Of a stretch of DNA of 12,113 bases, positions 1-7,483 are shown in pieces; position 1 is the stretch's first letter; each line of letters begins with the position of its first letter. Under the pieces are notes generated by a model. That model was not told the origin of the DNA and did no database searches. It saw only the letters and a list, made by a program, of their open reading frames with translations. Location of the stretch: IMG/VR virus record IMGVR_UViG_2703718787_000020; one strand, written 5' to 3'. A program made the position numbers and the translations under genes. This DNA is from a virus (taxonomy: Duplodnaviria > Heunggongvirae > Uroviricota > Caudoviricetes).

Positions 1-1254
1 ATGCGTATAGGACAAAATCGTTTTTTGGGGGCTATACACATGTTGCTTTCAGACCTTGCTATCCGTCGCGCGAAGCCAAAAGAGAAAGCCTATACACTCA
101 ATGACGGCAACGGGCTTTCGTTACTCATTGAGCCGAACGGTTCGAAGGGCTGGCGATTGCGATACAGGTTTGCAGGCAAGCCCAAAATGTTGTCGCTGGG
201 TGTTTATCCTGAGGTGTCCCTTTCTGATGCCAGGACGGCAAGGGATGAAGCCAAAAGGCTTATCGCTGGTGGAGTTAATCCGAGTGAGGTCAGAAAGGCC
301 CAAAAGCGAGAACAGGCGAACAAATGCGGCAACACCTTTGAGGCGATCGCCCGTGAGTGGTATGAAAAACGCCTGGACCGATGGTCTCCCTCATATGCAG
401 AGGAAATGATAGAGACGTTTGAAAAAGACGTTTTTCCGTACATTGGAGGTAGGCCCATCGCAGAGATTAAGCCGATGGAATTGCTCGCGGTTCTATCCCG
501 TCTTAATGACCGTGGCGCAACTGAAAAATTGCGTAAGGTTCGCCAGCGATGTGGCGAAGTGTTCCGGTACGCAATAATTACCGGACGCGCTGAATATAAC
601 CCCGCTCCTGATCTGGCAAGCGCATTTGCACCACACAAAAAAGAGCATTACGCGTATCTGAAAGTTGATGAGCTACCGGAATTTTTCCGCGTTTTTAATA
701 CGTACACCGGAAGCCAGATCGTCAAGCTGGGTATGCGATTGTTGATTCTTACTGGACTTCGCCCAGGTGAATTACGGCAGGCAGAGTGGCAGGAGATTGA
801 TTTTGATAATCGTCTGTGGGAAGTGCCGAAAGAACGAATGAAAATGCGCCGTCCTCATTGCGTGCCACTTTCAGAACAGGCGATCGCTATTCTGGAACAG
901 TTAAAACACATGACGGGGCAGTATCCGTTTATTTTCCCTGGTCGAATACAGCACAGTAAGCCGATGAGTGAAATGGCTATGAACGTGCTTATTCGTCGTA
1001 TTGGCTATGCAGGGCGCGTTACTGGTCATGGGTTCCGGCATACCATGAGTACGATTTTGCATGAGCAGGGTTATAACTCCGCGTGGATAGAAACGCAGCT
1101 GGCGCACGTCGATAAAAACTCGATCCGTGGCACATACAATCACGCGCAATACCTGGACGGACGGCGGGAGATGCTCCAGTGGTACGCCGACTATATGGAC
1201 TCACTGGAACAGGGCGGTAACGTGGTGCACGGCAAGTTTGGTGTATGTGCATAA
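1..1254 (+). CDS. int: Site-specific tyrosine recombinase, P4-type integrase
   Basis: 417-aa ORF. N-terminal AKPKEKAYTLNDGNGLSLLIEPNGSKGWRLRYRFAGKPKMLSLGVYPEVSLSDARTARDEA matches the conserved N-terminal domain of P4-family integrases; C-terminal catalytic region has GFRHT and RGTYNHAQY (His/Arg/Tyr signature). The ATG at 1 has no visible upstream context; the in-frame ATG at 40 is preceded by GGGGG (27-31) and gives the usual family N-terminus (MLLSDLAIRRAKP), so the true start may be 40. Confidence 0.9.
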   Translation: MRIGQNRFLGAIHMLLSDLAIRRAKPKEKAYTLNDGNGLSLLIEPNGSKGWRLRYRFAGKPKMLSLGVYPEVSLSDARTARDEAKRLIAGGVNPSEVRKAQKREQANKCGNTFEAIAREWYEKRLDRWSPSYAEEMIETFEKDVFPYIGGRPIAEIKPMELLAVLSRLNDRGATEKLRKVRQRCGEVFRYAIITGRAEYNPAPDLASAFAPHKKEHYAYLKVDELPEFFRVFNTYTGSQIVKLGMRLLILTGLRPGELRQAEWQEIDFDNRLWEVPKERMKMRRPHCVPLSEQAIAILEQLKHMTGQYPFIFPGRIQHSKPMSEMAMNVLIRRIGYAGRVTGHGFRHTMSTILHEQGYNSAWIETQLAHVDKNSIRGTYNHAQYLDGRREMLQWYADYMDSLEQGGNVVHGKFGVCA

Positions 1255-1432
1255 AAACGACTGGACAAGTATACAGATGTATACTAACGTACACGGAAAG
1301 CTACAGGTAATATCCTTACAGATGGTTTTTCACGCAGTTACCCCATCATGTATGGACGGCGCTCCTTGTAACAACGAAGATGGAGTCTTCTACGCAGCTG
1401 AAAAGCTGGATGCTCTTTAACAGCCTTTGGTG

Positions 1433-1451
1433 CTTTCCTGATGCAGGAAAG
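1433..1451. promoter_or_regulatory. Perfect inverted repeat CTTTCCTG-ATG-CAGGAAAG in the int-alpA intergenic region (candidate operator)
   Basis: 8-bp perfect arms around a 3-bp centre, read directly from the sequence; no protein assigned. Confidence 0.3.
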
Positions 1452-1684
1452 AATAGGGATACATGCACCTTTACAATGCATGTAATGATTCACCAATGAG
1501 GCTGCGGAGCGCTGACAAAGCGCAATTGCTCTCTTGCCTGCCCACCATGCCCTGAAAAAGGGCGCTCTTTAAAACTACTGGACGTCACGCCTAATCGTGT
1601 GACCCCGCCGAAAAGCGGGAATAGCTCTACCTTGCTGGAGCATACCAACCACCAACCAAACAATCTGAATTTATCTTATGCAAT

Positions 1685-1714
1685 ACCACAACATGTTTTC
1701 ATGTTGTGGTTTTT
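1685..1714 (+). terminator. Rho-independent terminator (stem ACCACAACATG / CATGTTGTGGT, loop TTTT, then TTTTT)
   Basis: 10-11 bp perfect stem at 1685-1710 followed by a T5 run at 1710-1714; lies between int and alpA. Confidence 0.6.
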
Positions 1715-1797
1715 GTCGTGTTCGTAATTTGACGCAAATAAAACTCTTGCTAAGCCACAGGAGGGGATTTTCGCGTCAACATTAAGGAGATTGATAA

Positions 1798-2001
1798 ATG
1801 GCTAATAACAATTCATTCATCCGTCTTTCTGAGGTTATGCGCCGTACTGGTTACGGTCGCGCATGGATTTATCGCCTGATCAGCCTGGGGCGTTTCCCTA
1901 AACCGGTAAAAATTGGTTCCCGCTCCGTGGCTTTTATTGAAAGTGAAGTCGACGAATGGATTAACCAGCGTATTGATGCTTCTCGCAACAACGCCGCGTA
2001 A
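1798..2001 (+). CDS. alpA: AlpA-family (MerR-like HTH) phage transcriptional regulator / excisionase-like protein
   Basis: 67 aa; RBS AAGGAG at 1782-1787; sequence IRLSEVMRRTGYGRAWIYRLISLGRFPKPVKIGSRSVAFIESEVDEWI has the AlpA/Phage_AlpA pattern; position immediately after a P4-type int is typical. Confidence 0.85.
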   Translation: MANNNSFIRLSEVMRRTGYGRAWIYRLISLGRFPKPVKIGSRSVAFIESEVDEWINQRIDASRNNAA

Positions 2002-2014
2002 TAATCTTTTGGGA

Positions 2015-2031
2015 GGGGGATATTCTCCCCC
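2015..2031 (+). other. GC hairpin GGGGG-ATATTCT-CCCCC just after the alpA stop, with no T-run
   Basis: 5 G:C pairs with a 7-nt loop, no flanking U-tract on either strand, so not a canonical intrinsic terminator; possible attenuator or processing hairpin. Confidence 0.25.
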
Positions 2032-2065
2032 AGCACTAAACCTGATTCGATAGCAGGAGTTTTCA

Positions 2066-3775
2066 ATGAAACGTCCGAATGTGCCCGTACAGGGGCAGGG
2101 CTTCGTTCAGCCTGAAATCAGCCAGAACGATATATTGATTCGCCACAAAGCAAAGTCGCGTATTGATTCCCGCCTGTTTGCTGAACGCATCGGCATAAAG
2201 CACAAAAGCCTTTATTCGCTTATTCAGAAGCACAAAACCGGATTGCGTGAACTGGGTATCCTTCCGTTTCAAACGGAGCGATTAAAAACCAATCAACACG
2301 GAGAGCGTGAACATAAGTTTGCTCTGCTGAATAGCGATCAGTTTGATTACATGCGCCATATCGTGAGCCATTTCGCCGCTGAGCGTATGAAACACGTTAA
2401 GCAATACTTAGAGGAGGTTTTATCAAATTATCGCGCTGGTGGCTCTGTACGGCGCGAATATCCGCATGATGCAGGAATGGCAGGCAAAACAAAGGCGACC
2501 ACGAAAGGGTCGCCAGTGGAGATAAAGGAAATCAAGCGCATCACCAACTATGCCATGAGTGTAGCTGGTGGACAAGGCTATCAGCCAGGCGGTCGGTTTT
2601 TAGTGGCTTTTAACCGCCGTGGGTATTTCTCGACAAAATCTTCAAGGGCAAATTTTTTAGCTTTTGTATGTGATGCCTTTGACTCGTCATCACATGTTTT
2701 TCCGCGCCTTATCCTGTTTTCAATAAAACGGGAGGCGGCCTTTTTATTCAGCGATGAATCAATGGGGCTGCTCCCTGTTTGCTGCTCGACAATGGCATCC
2801 ATGAGTAGTTGGTGTTGTAGTTGTCGTAAAAATTTCTCATCTTCTGGTGGTAAATCCATACTTATTTCCTGTACAGCGGAGCGACGCAGCACCTCACACC
2901 ACGGCGCTGATGGTTGTTATTCGTTTTATGGAGTCAGAGAAGCAAAAGCGGATCGCTATCGGTTTTTAGGCGAGATTAATCGCCGTGGGTATTTGTCCAG
3001 AAATGCCTCAAGCGCAAATCGTTTTGGTCTGGTGAGAGGAGAGGGATTAAGCAAAGACTCGCGTTCCAGGCGTACTTTTTCGCGCTGGCGCTCAAGTATG
3101 GATAATGCGATTTCCTGTAATTCTTCATTTGTCATTGTCTGTACCCGTAAAGCGGTGCGCTGTAGTACCTCATATCACAGCGCAGGTATTTTTTATGGTT
3201 GTAATTTGCGTGATGATTCAGGTCGCTTTGCGACATACTGCATAAACATAAATAACGTGATGTTATTATGTGCTTTCAAAGAAAACGCAGGTATTTTTCG
3301 CACAAACTTCTCTCGCAACACATCCGACCACTTAAGCAAAAAAGCGGCATATACTGAGGCTATCCCTTATAAAACGGGGATCGGGATTACCACCCCGCAG
3401 GAGTTAGAGGCGATACACGACGCGCCAGCGTCTTTTTTTGTATCGGCGCACACGCACACCTCAACAATGGTGGGCTGTATGGGGCCGACTTCGGTCGGGC
3501 TGGTTTCCTCTAACGCCAGTTGTGGTAACCCTGTACAGTCCACCGCCAGCGAGCTTACCACCTCCGGCGGTGGGTATAATCCCAAAGTCAGAGGAGCCTT
3601 TCACATGGCTGTATCCGCACGCCCTTACTTTGTCTGGCGCTTTATGCAGTGCCTGACAGGCAGCATTGCAATATTCACCGTTACCGCTGCCACTGAGCGC
3701 GAAGCACGCGCCCAGCTGCCGCACGCACATCTGATTTTTGTCGCCCGTATCCGTCAGGAGGTGACTCATGCTTAA
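2066..3775 (+). CDS. Rha-like (phage regulatory protein) N-terminal domain ORF; the open frame runs to 3775 but the distal ~440 codons are probably not coding (possible pseudogene or fusion)
   Basis: Good RBS AGGAG 2054-2058 before the ATG at 2066. The first ~125 aa (SRLFAERIGIKHKSLYSLIQKH ... HKFALLNSDQFDYMRHIV) resemble the Rha N-terminal domain. Beyond about residue 130 the translation is Ser/Cys/Arg-rich and low-complexity and overlaps antisense genes and a terminator. No in-frame stop exists until 3775. Confidence 0.3.
   Translation: MKRPNVPVQGQGFVQPEISQNDILIRHKAKSRIDSRLFAERIGIKHKSLYSLIQKHKTGLRELGILPFQTERLKTNQHGEREHKFALLNSDQFDYMRHIVSHFAAERMKHVKQYLEEVLSNYRAGGSVRREYPHDAGMAGKTKATTKGSPVEIKEIKRITNYAMSVAGGQGYQPGGRFLVAFNRRGYFSTKSSRANFLAFVCDAFDSSSHVFPRLILFSIKREAAFLFSDESMGLLPVCCSTMASMSSWCCSCRKNFSSSGGKSILISCTAERRSTSHHGADGCYSFYGVREAKADRYRFLGEINRRGYLSRNASSANRFGLVRGEGLSKDSRSRRTFSRWRSSMDNAISCNSSFVIVCTRKAVRCSTSYHSAGIFYGCNLRDDSGRFATYCININNVMLLCAFKENAGIFRTNFSRNTSDHLSKKAAYTEAIPYKTGIGITTPQELEAIHDAPASFFVSAHTHTSTMVGCMGPTSVGLVSSNASCGNPVQSTASELTTSGGGYNPKVRGAFHMAVSARPYFVWRFMQCLTGSIAIFTVTAATEREARAQLPHAHLIFVARIRQEVTHA
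2581..2859 (-). CDS. Small hypothetical protein (92 aa), paralog A of a tandem-duplicated module
   Basis: ATG (complement of 2857-2859) preceded by AGGAAA; the track ORF extends to a GTG at 2892. The C-terminus KFALEDFVEKYPRRLKATKNRPPG is conserved with the neighbouring paralog, with synonymous and conservative codon changes that favour coding on the - strand. Confidence 0.5.
   Translation of the reverse strand: MDLPPEDEKFLRQLQHQLLMDAIVEQQTGSSPIDSSLNKKAASRFIENRIRRGKTCDDESKASHTKAKKFALEDFVEKYPRRLKATKNRPPG
2956..3135 (-). CDS. Small hypothetical protein (59 aa), paralog B (MTNEELQEIALSILERQREKVRLERESLLNPSPLTRPKRFALEAFLDKYPRRLISPKNR)
   Basis: Hand-translated from the - strand (below the 60-aa cutoff of the ORF track). 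The C-terminal motif RFALEAFLDKYPRRL..KNR is shared with paralog A, and the 5' flank is also homologous to that of paralog A. Confidence 0.45.
   Translation of the reverse strand: MTNEELQEIALSILERQREKVRLERESLLNPSPLTRPKRFALEAFLDKYPRRLISPKNR
3261..3269 (+). promoter_or_regulatory. Candidate extended -10 promoter element TGTTATTAT
   Basis: TGn + TATTAT in an AT-rich stretch about 150 nt upstream of the intrinsic terminator at 3419-3439; no good -35. Confidence 0.3.
3419..3439 (+). terminator. Rho-independent terminator (GACGC-GCCA-GCGTC then TTTTTTT)
   Basis: 5-bp stem with a 4-nt loop followed by a 7-T run, inside a non-coding leader upstream of the early operon; preceded by another stem (CGGGG ... 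CCCCG at 3375-3397). Confidence 0.45.
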
Positions 3776-3953
3776 AACCTTCCGTGTCTTTTCCCGTGCC
3801 GTTAATGCACGCGGCTATACCGTTGGTATCTCGCAGAACGTGAAGGCCGAAAACGTCCAAGCTGCAATCAGCACAGTAATTAACAAATCAGCTAAAGCCG
3901 GTTTATCCGGCGTAATTATCCACTCCGTTCATGAAATTAAGGGGGGGCAGTAA
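3768..3953 (+). CDS. Hypothetical small protein (61 aa), first gene of the early/replication operon
   Basis: Strong RBS AGGAGG 3756-3761, six nt before the ATG; its stop overlaps the next start (TAATG). Confidence 0.6.
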   Translation: MLKTFRVFSRAVNARGYTVGISQNVKAENVQAAISTVINKSAKAGLSGVIIHSVHEIKGGQ

Positions 3954-4156
3954 TGCAGGAAATGACACTGGCAGAAGCCTCGCTGCAAGCGCAACAGGTC
4001 GAAGTAATCAGCCGCATGATTGAACGCATGATTGAACGCAACCACGAAGAAATAGACGACCATGACCTTTCTGTTATTGCCGGACTTATCAAACAACTTT
4101 CCAGCAATGTGGCGGTGTGGTTAATGACGGAGGAAGAAAAACGCGGCGAACAATAA
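3953..4156 (+). CDS. Hypothetical small acidic protein (67 aa)
   Basis: ATG overlaps the upstream stop (translational coupling); G-rich RBS; helical acidic sequence; no family recognised. Confidence 0.6.
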   Translation: MQEMTLAEASLQAQQVEVISRMIERMIERNHEEIDDHDLSVIAGLIKQLSSNVAVWLMTEEEKRGEQ

Positions 4157-4213
4157 CGGCTAAAAATAAACGGGAAATAAAGATTAAGACGACTCCTTCA
4201 GGAGATTAATTCA

Positions 4214-4513
4214 ATGGCATCAAAAAATACTGGCTTAACTGCCAGTAGCAAAACTCACCCCGAATTCATGCGCGGGGATATTTATCGCGATAAGTACGGC
4301 GGCATCGTGACGATTATCAGCACGAGAGAACGACGTATCACCTACCGCCGTGAAGGGTATGACTATGACTGCGTGATGCCCCTGTATCAGTTCAGTCGTG
4401 ATTTTTCCCTGATGCAGGCCGTGCCATGTGGTAAGCCAGCCAGCAACGCAAAAGCAGAGGCGAACATCCGAAAGATGAAAAACATGATTAACGCATTCAG
4501 GGGCAAGAAATGA
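4214..4513 (+). CDS. Hypothetical protein (99 aa), translationally coupled to the primase gene
   Basis: RBS AGGAG 4199-4203; stop TGA overlaps the ATG of the next gene (ATGA at 4510-4513). Confidence 0.65.
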   Translation: MASKNTGLTASSKTHPEFMRGDIYRDKYGGIVTIISTRERRITYRREGYDYDCVMPLYQFSRDFSLMQAVPCGKPASNAKAEANIRKMKNMINAFRGKK

Positions 4514-6648
4514 AAAGCGCACCGAATTTAAAAAAACAGCCGAAAGACAAAATGACCGAAGTCATTATCTTTGCGGGTAGTGATGCCTGGGCACATGCGA
4601 AAGAGTGGAGCGAATGGGCCGGAAAGCATATTGCAGCAGATGATACACCGCCCGTTATTCTTGGACCGAAACAACTGGCGAGCCTGGAAGACACGAAAAT
4701 CATCGATAAAGGGCGCAATTACGTGCGCGTTTATCGTGCTGGTGAAATATCAGAGACAGCACTTTTACAGATAGCAACACTGCTTGCGGTGGCGGGGGTA
4801 AAGGAGGCACGTTGCTACAGCGGCTTTGTTGACCAGCAGCCGGAGGACTGGACACCGCGCATGGCTGGACTGAAGGATGATGCGGAACGCGGCAACTGCC
4901 TGGTGATCAATCTTCCGGCAAAGACAAATTTCACCGGAAATTATGATGACGAATTAAAACCCCGCGTTGAATGCCGTCCTGATGGCGTTTACTGGGTGAC
5001 GCCAAAGGTTGATAAGCAATCTGGCGAAATTATCCGTCCGTTCGAATGGCTGTGTTCTTCCGTTGAATTACTCGGTTCAGGTGTCATTGGTAACGAGCAT
5101 TACCGCGTGATGCGCTGGACAGATTCGACAACAAATCGGCTTGTCACTATGGCTGTGCCTTGCTGCGGAATAGGCGACACTGACGGCTGGCGATTACTGA
5201 AAGCCAACGGGCTTAAAGTCACGACAAACGGAAAACACAGGATCCCCCTGGCTGACTGGATGCAGTTAGGCGGACAGCATGAGGAATGGCACTTAAGCAC
5301 GAAAGCTGGCTGGCACTTTGGCGCGTACATCATGCCGGACGGTACGGTTATCGGCGAATCTGACAAGCCCGTTTTGTTTACCGGAAAAAGTGCCGCGATT
5401 AACGGTTATTCCGTGGCAGGAACGGCGGAAAGCTGGCGCGACAGTGTGGCGCGGCTGGCTGGTGGCAATCCGTTCATGATGCTGGGTATAGCGACGTCAT
5501 TATCCGCGCCATTAGTCGGGCTGACAGGCGCTGATGGTTTTGGCGTGCATTTTTTCGAGCAATCCACAGCAGGCAAGACCACAACGCAGAGCATCGCGTC
5601 GAGCTTGTGGGGCGATCCTGAGGCGCTGCGATTAACCTGGTACGGAACGGCGCTGGGGATAGCTAACGAAGCAGAAGCACACAATCACGGACTCCTTCCA
5701 CTGGACGAGATAGGGCAGGCAGGAAGCCCCCGTGACGTGTACGTATCCTCATACACTTTGTTCAATGGATTCGGAAAATTACAGGGGGCAAAGGACGGCG
5801 GCAACAGAGAGCTGAAAAACTGGCGGACCGTTGCTATCAGCACCGGAGAGGTGGATATCGAAACATACCTCAAAACGTCGGGGATAAAAGTTAAGGTCGG
5901 GCAACTTGTGCGCCTGCTCAATATCCCGATTCAAAAAGCCACGCAGTTACACGAATACAGCAACGGAAAGGATCACGCTGACGCATTGAAGGCGGCATGG
6001 CAAGAAAACCACGGCGCAGCGGGGCGTGAGTGGATTAAATGGCTTGCGGAGAACCAGCAGGAAGCTAAGGACGCGGTTAGAGAGAGCCGTGCACGCTGGC
6101 GAAATATCATTCCAGACAATTACGGTGAGCAGGTCCACCGCGTGGGTGAACGTTTCTCCATACTGGAGGCCGCGCTTGTGCTTTCCGGTCATGTAACTGG
6201 CTGGTCCGTGCAGGAATGCCGCGATGCAATTCAGTATGTATTTAATGCCTGGGTAAAAGAATTTGGCACGGGCAACAAGGAACACAAACAGATCATTGAG
6301 CAGGCAGAGGCGTTTCTTGCTGCCTACGGCATGAGCCGTTTTGCGCCCGTTGATTATGACCCAGCCAGCCTGCCGATTTCTGAGCTGTACGGCTACAGGG
6401 ATTCGGGAAGCCGTTACGATGAACCATTGTTGTTTTACGTATTATCGGAGCCGTTTAAATCGAAAGTAGCGGAAGGCTTCAACAAGGATACCGTTGCAAA
6501 AATACTCCACGAAGCTGGAATGCTGAAACGACCAGAGAGCGGGAGAGGATGGAAAATCAAGACCCCACGCCTTAAGAACCTTAATGGAGCGCAATTATGG
6601 GCCTACGGGATGTTGTTCGCTAATCACGATGAGGAGGGAAGCGATTAA
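4510..6648 (+). CDS. Replication primase/helicase-like protein (P4 alpha / PICI Pri-Rep analogue) with P-loop NTPase domain
   Basis: 712 aa. Central deviant Walker A (FFEQSTAGKTTT) and Walker B-like GLLPLDEIG, then NWRTVAISTGEVD, resemble the SF3-helicase/DUF927-type NTPase of phage and plasmid replication proteins. Gene order (alpA ... small ORFs, this gene, iterons) matches satellite replication modules. The primase fold of the N-terminal half could not be confirmed by eye. Confidence 0.8.
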   Translation: MKSAPNLKKQPKDKMTEVIIFAGSDAWAHAKEWSEWAGKHIAADDTPPVILGPKQLASLEDTKIIDKGRNYVRVYRAGEISETALLQIATLLAVAGVKEARCYSGFVDQQPEDWTPRMAGLKDDAERGNCLVINLPAKTNFTGNYDDELKPRVECRPDGVYWVTPKVDKQSGEIIRPFEWLCSSVELLGSGVIGNEHYRVMRWTDSTTNRLVTMAVPCCGIGDTDGWRLLKANGLKVTTNGKHRIPLADWMQLGGQHEEWHLSTKAGWHFGAYIMPDGTVIGESDKPVLFTGKSAAINGYSVAGTAESWRDSVARLAGGNPFMMLGIATSLSAPLVGLTGADGFGVHFFEQSTAGKTTTQSIASSLWGDPEALRLTWYGTALGIANEAEAHNHGLLPLDEIGQAGSPRDVYVSSYTLFNGFGKLQGAKDGGNRELKNWRTVAISTGEVDIETYLKTSGIKVKVGQLVRLLNIPIQKATQLHEYSNGKDHADALKAAWQENHGAAGREWIKWLAENQQEAKDAVRESRARWRNIIPDNYGEQVHRVGERFSILEAALVLSGHVTGWSVQECRDAIQYVFNAWVKEFGTGNKEHKQIIEQAEAFLAAYGMSRFAPVDYDPASLPISELYGYRDSGSRYDEPLLFYVLSEPFKSKVAEGFNKDTVAKILHEAGMLKRPESGRGWKIKTPRLKNLNGAQLWAYGMLFANHDEEGSD

Positions 6649-6673
6649 CTACGCGTATATAAGATGAAAAAAT

Positions 6674-7008
6674 GTTGCCTCAGTTGCCTCAAATAGTAAT
6701 AAATATATGTATATGATTGATTTATATATTTTATTTCTGTTTTTGCTGAGGCGACAATTGCTCATTTTGAGGCGACAATTGCTCATTTTGAGGCAACAAT
6801 TGCTCATTTTGAGGCAACAATTACCCATTTTGAGGCAACACGGCTGACAGGTTTTGTTTGTCTGAACGGAACGCGTTCAACGTGATGTTGCCTCAAATAC
6901 CCCCTATTGTTGCCTCAAATCGACATGATGTTGCCTCAATTTTTTTGTGATTATCAATTAAATCAATGCGTTAAGACGTTTGAGGCAACTGGGGCGACTG
7001 AGGCAACA
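6674..7008. other. Putative origin of replication: iterons plus AT-rich unwinding region
   Basis: Twelve copies of the 9-10-mer core TTGAGGCAAC / GTTGCCTCAA. Inverted copies at 6674, 6683, 6887, 6909, 6930; direct copies at 6747-6840 (five) and 6980, 6999. AT-rich segment of about 85% A+T at 6693-6746. Lies immediately 3' of the replication protein gene. Confidence 0.75.
6748..6840 (+). repeat. Tandem 21-bp iterons (GAGGCRACAATTRCYCATTTT), 4.4 copies
   Basis: Copies start at 6748, 6769, 6790, 6811 and 6832 (partial); the first two are identical; period 21 bp, about two helical turns. Confidence 0.85.
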
Positions 7009-7066
7009 CGTTTTTCCTATATATATAAAGCGTGTGAATGATGTGATGCCTGGAAGGAGACGATTC

Positions 7067-7483
7067 ATGATCAAAAAAACAAGTGAAACGGAATCTGTTG
7101 TGAGGTTCGTATCGGTACGAGGCAGAGCCACGCTTTATATACCTGACGAACATCTGCATCACTGCGATGAAAAACATATCCCGATCCTGATTGTCTGGAA
7201 GCGAACGGTATACGCCGATGTGACATGGCTGAATGATTCGCTGATGTTGATACACCGTGACCTGTTTGAACGTGAAGAGTTCCGGCGGGATATTGAAGAG
7301 CGGGCAGAAAAAATCTATGAGAAATATTCAGCAAACAGTAAAAGATCCGCACGGGCAATCGCTCACCATTTCATGACGCTGTATGACCTGAAAGCGGAAG
7401 ATGCAGAAAAAGCGGCATGTGATTTATTCGATATGACAATGGGGATTATCCAGGAGTACCGGAACAAGGAGCGCAGACCATGA
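7067..7483 (+). CDS. Hypothetical protein (138 aa)
   Basis: RBS GGAGG 7055-7059 before the ATG at 7067 (the track ORF begins further upstream at 6980 without a start codon); stop overlaps the ssb start (ATGA); no family recognised. Confidence 0.6.
   Translation: MIKKTSETESVVRFVSVRGRATLYIPDEHLHHCDEKHIPILIVWKRTVYADVTWLNDSLMLIHRDLFEREEFRRDIEERAEKIYEKYSANSKRSARAIAHHFMTLYDLKAEDAEKAACDLFDMTMGIIQEYRNKERRP

Noticed and set aside
56..1420. Several ORFs overlapping the integrase gene on both strands (56-409, 121-303, 204-638, 901-1149, 1019-1294, 1127-1420)
   Set aside because: All overlap the well-supported integrase ORF and have no RBS or recognisable motifs; treated as shadow ORFs.
3461..3769. 102-aa - strand ORF, with the overlapping 72-aa ORFs at 3367-3585 and 3438-3656
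   Set aside because: Gly/Cys-rich, non-protein-like translations in a GC-rich structured leader; the 102-aa ORF overlaps the strong RBS and start of the + strand gene at 3768.
3917..3925. DnaA-box-like TTATCCACT
   Set aside because: Single 8/9 match inside a coding region; no cluster; more likely chance.
4235..6285. ORFs inside or antisense to the primase/helicase gene (4235-4522, 4497-4718, 4571-4774, 5100-5366, 5406-5684, 5685-5921, 5947-6285)
   Set aside because: Embedded in a long gene with coherent motifs; compositionally biased translations; no independent support.
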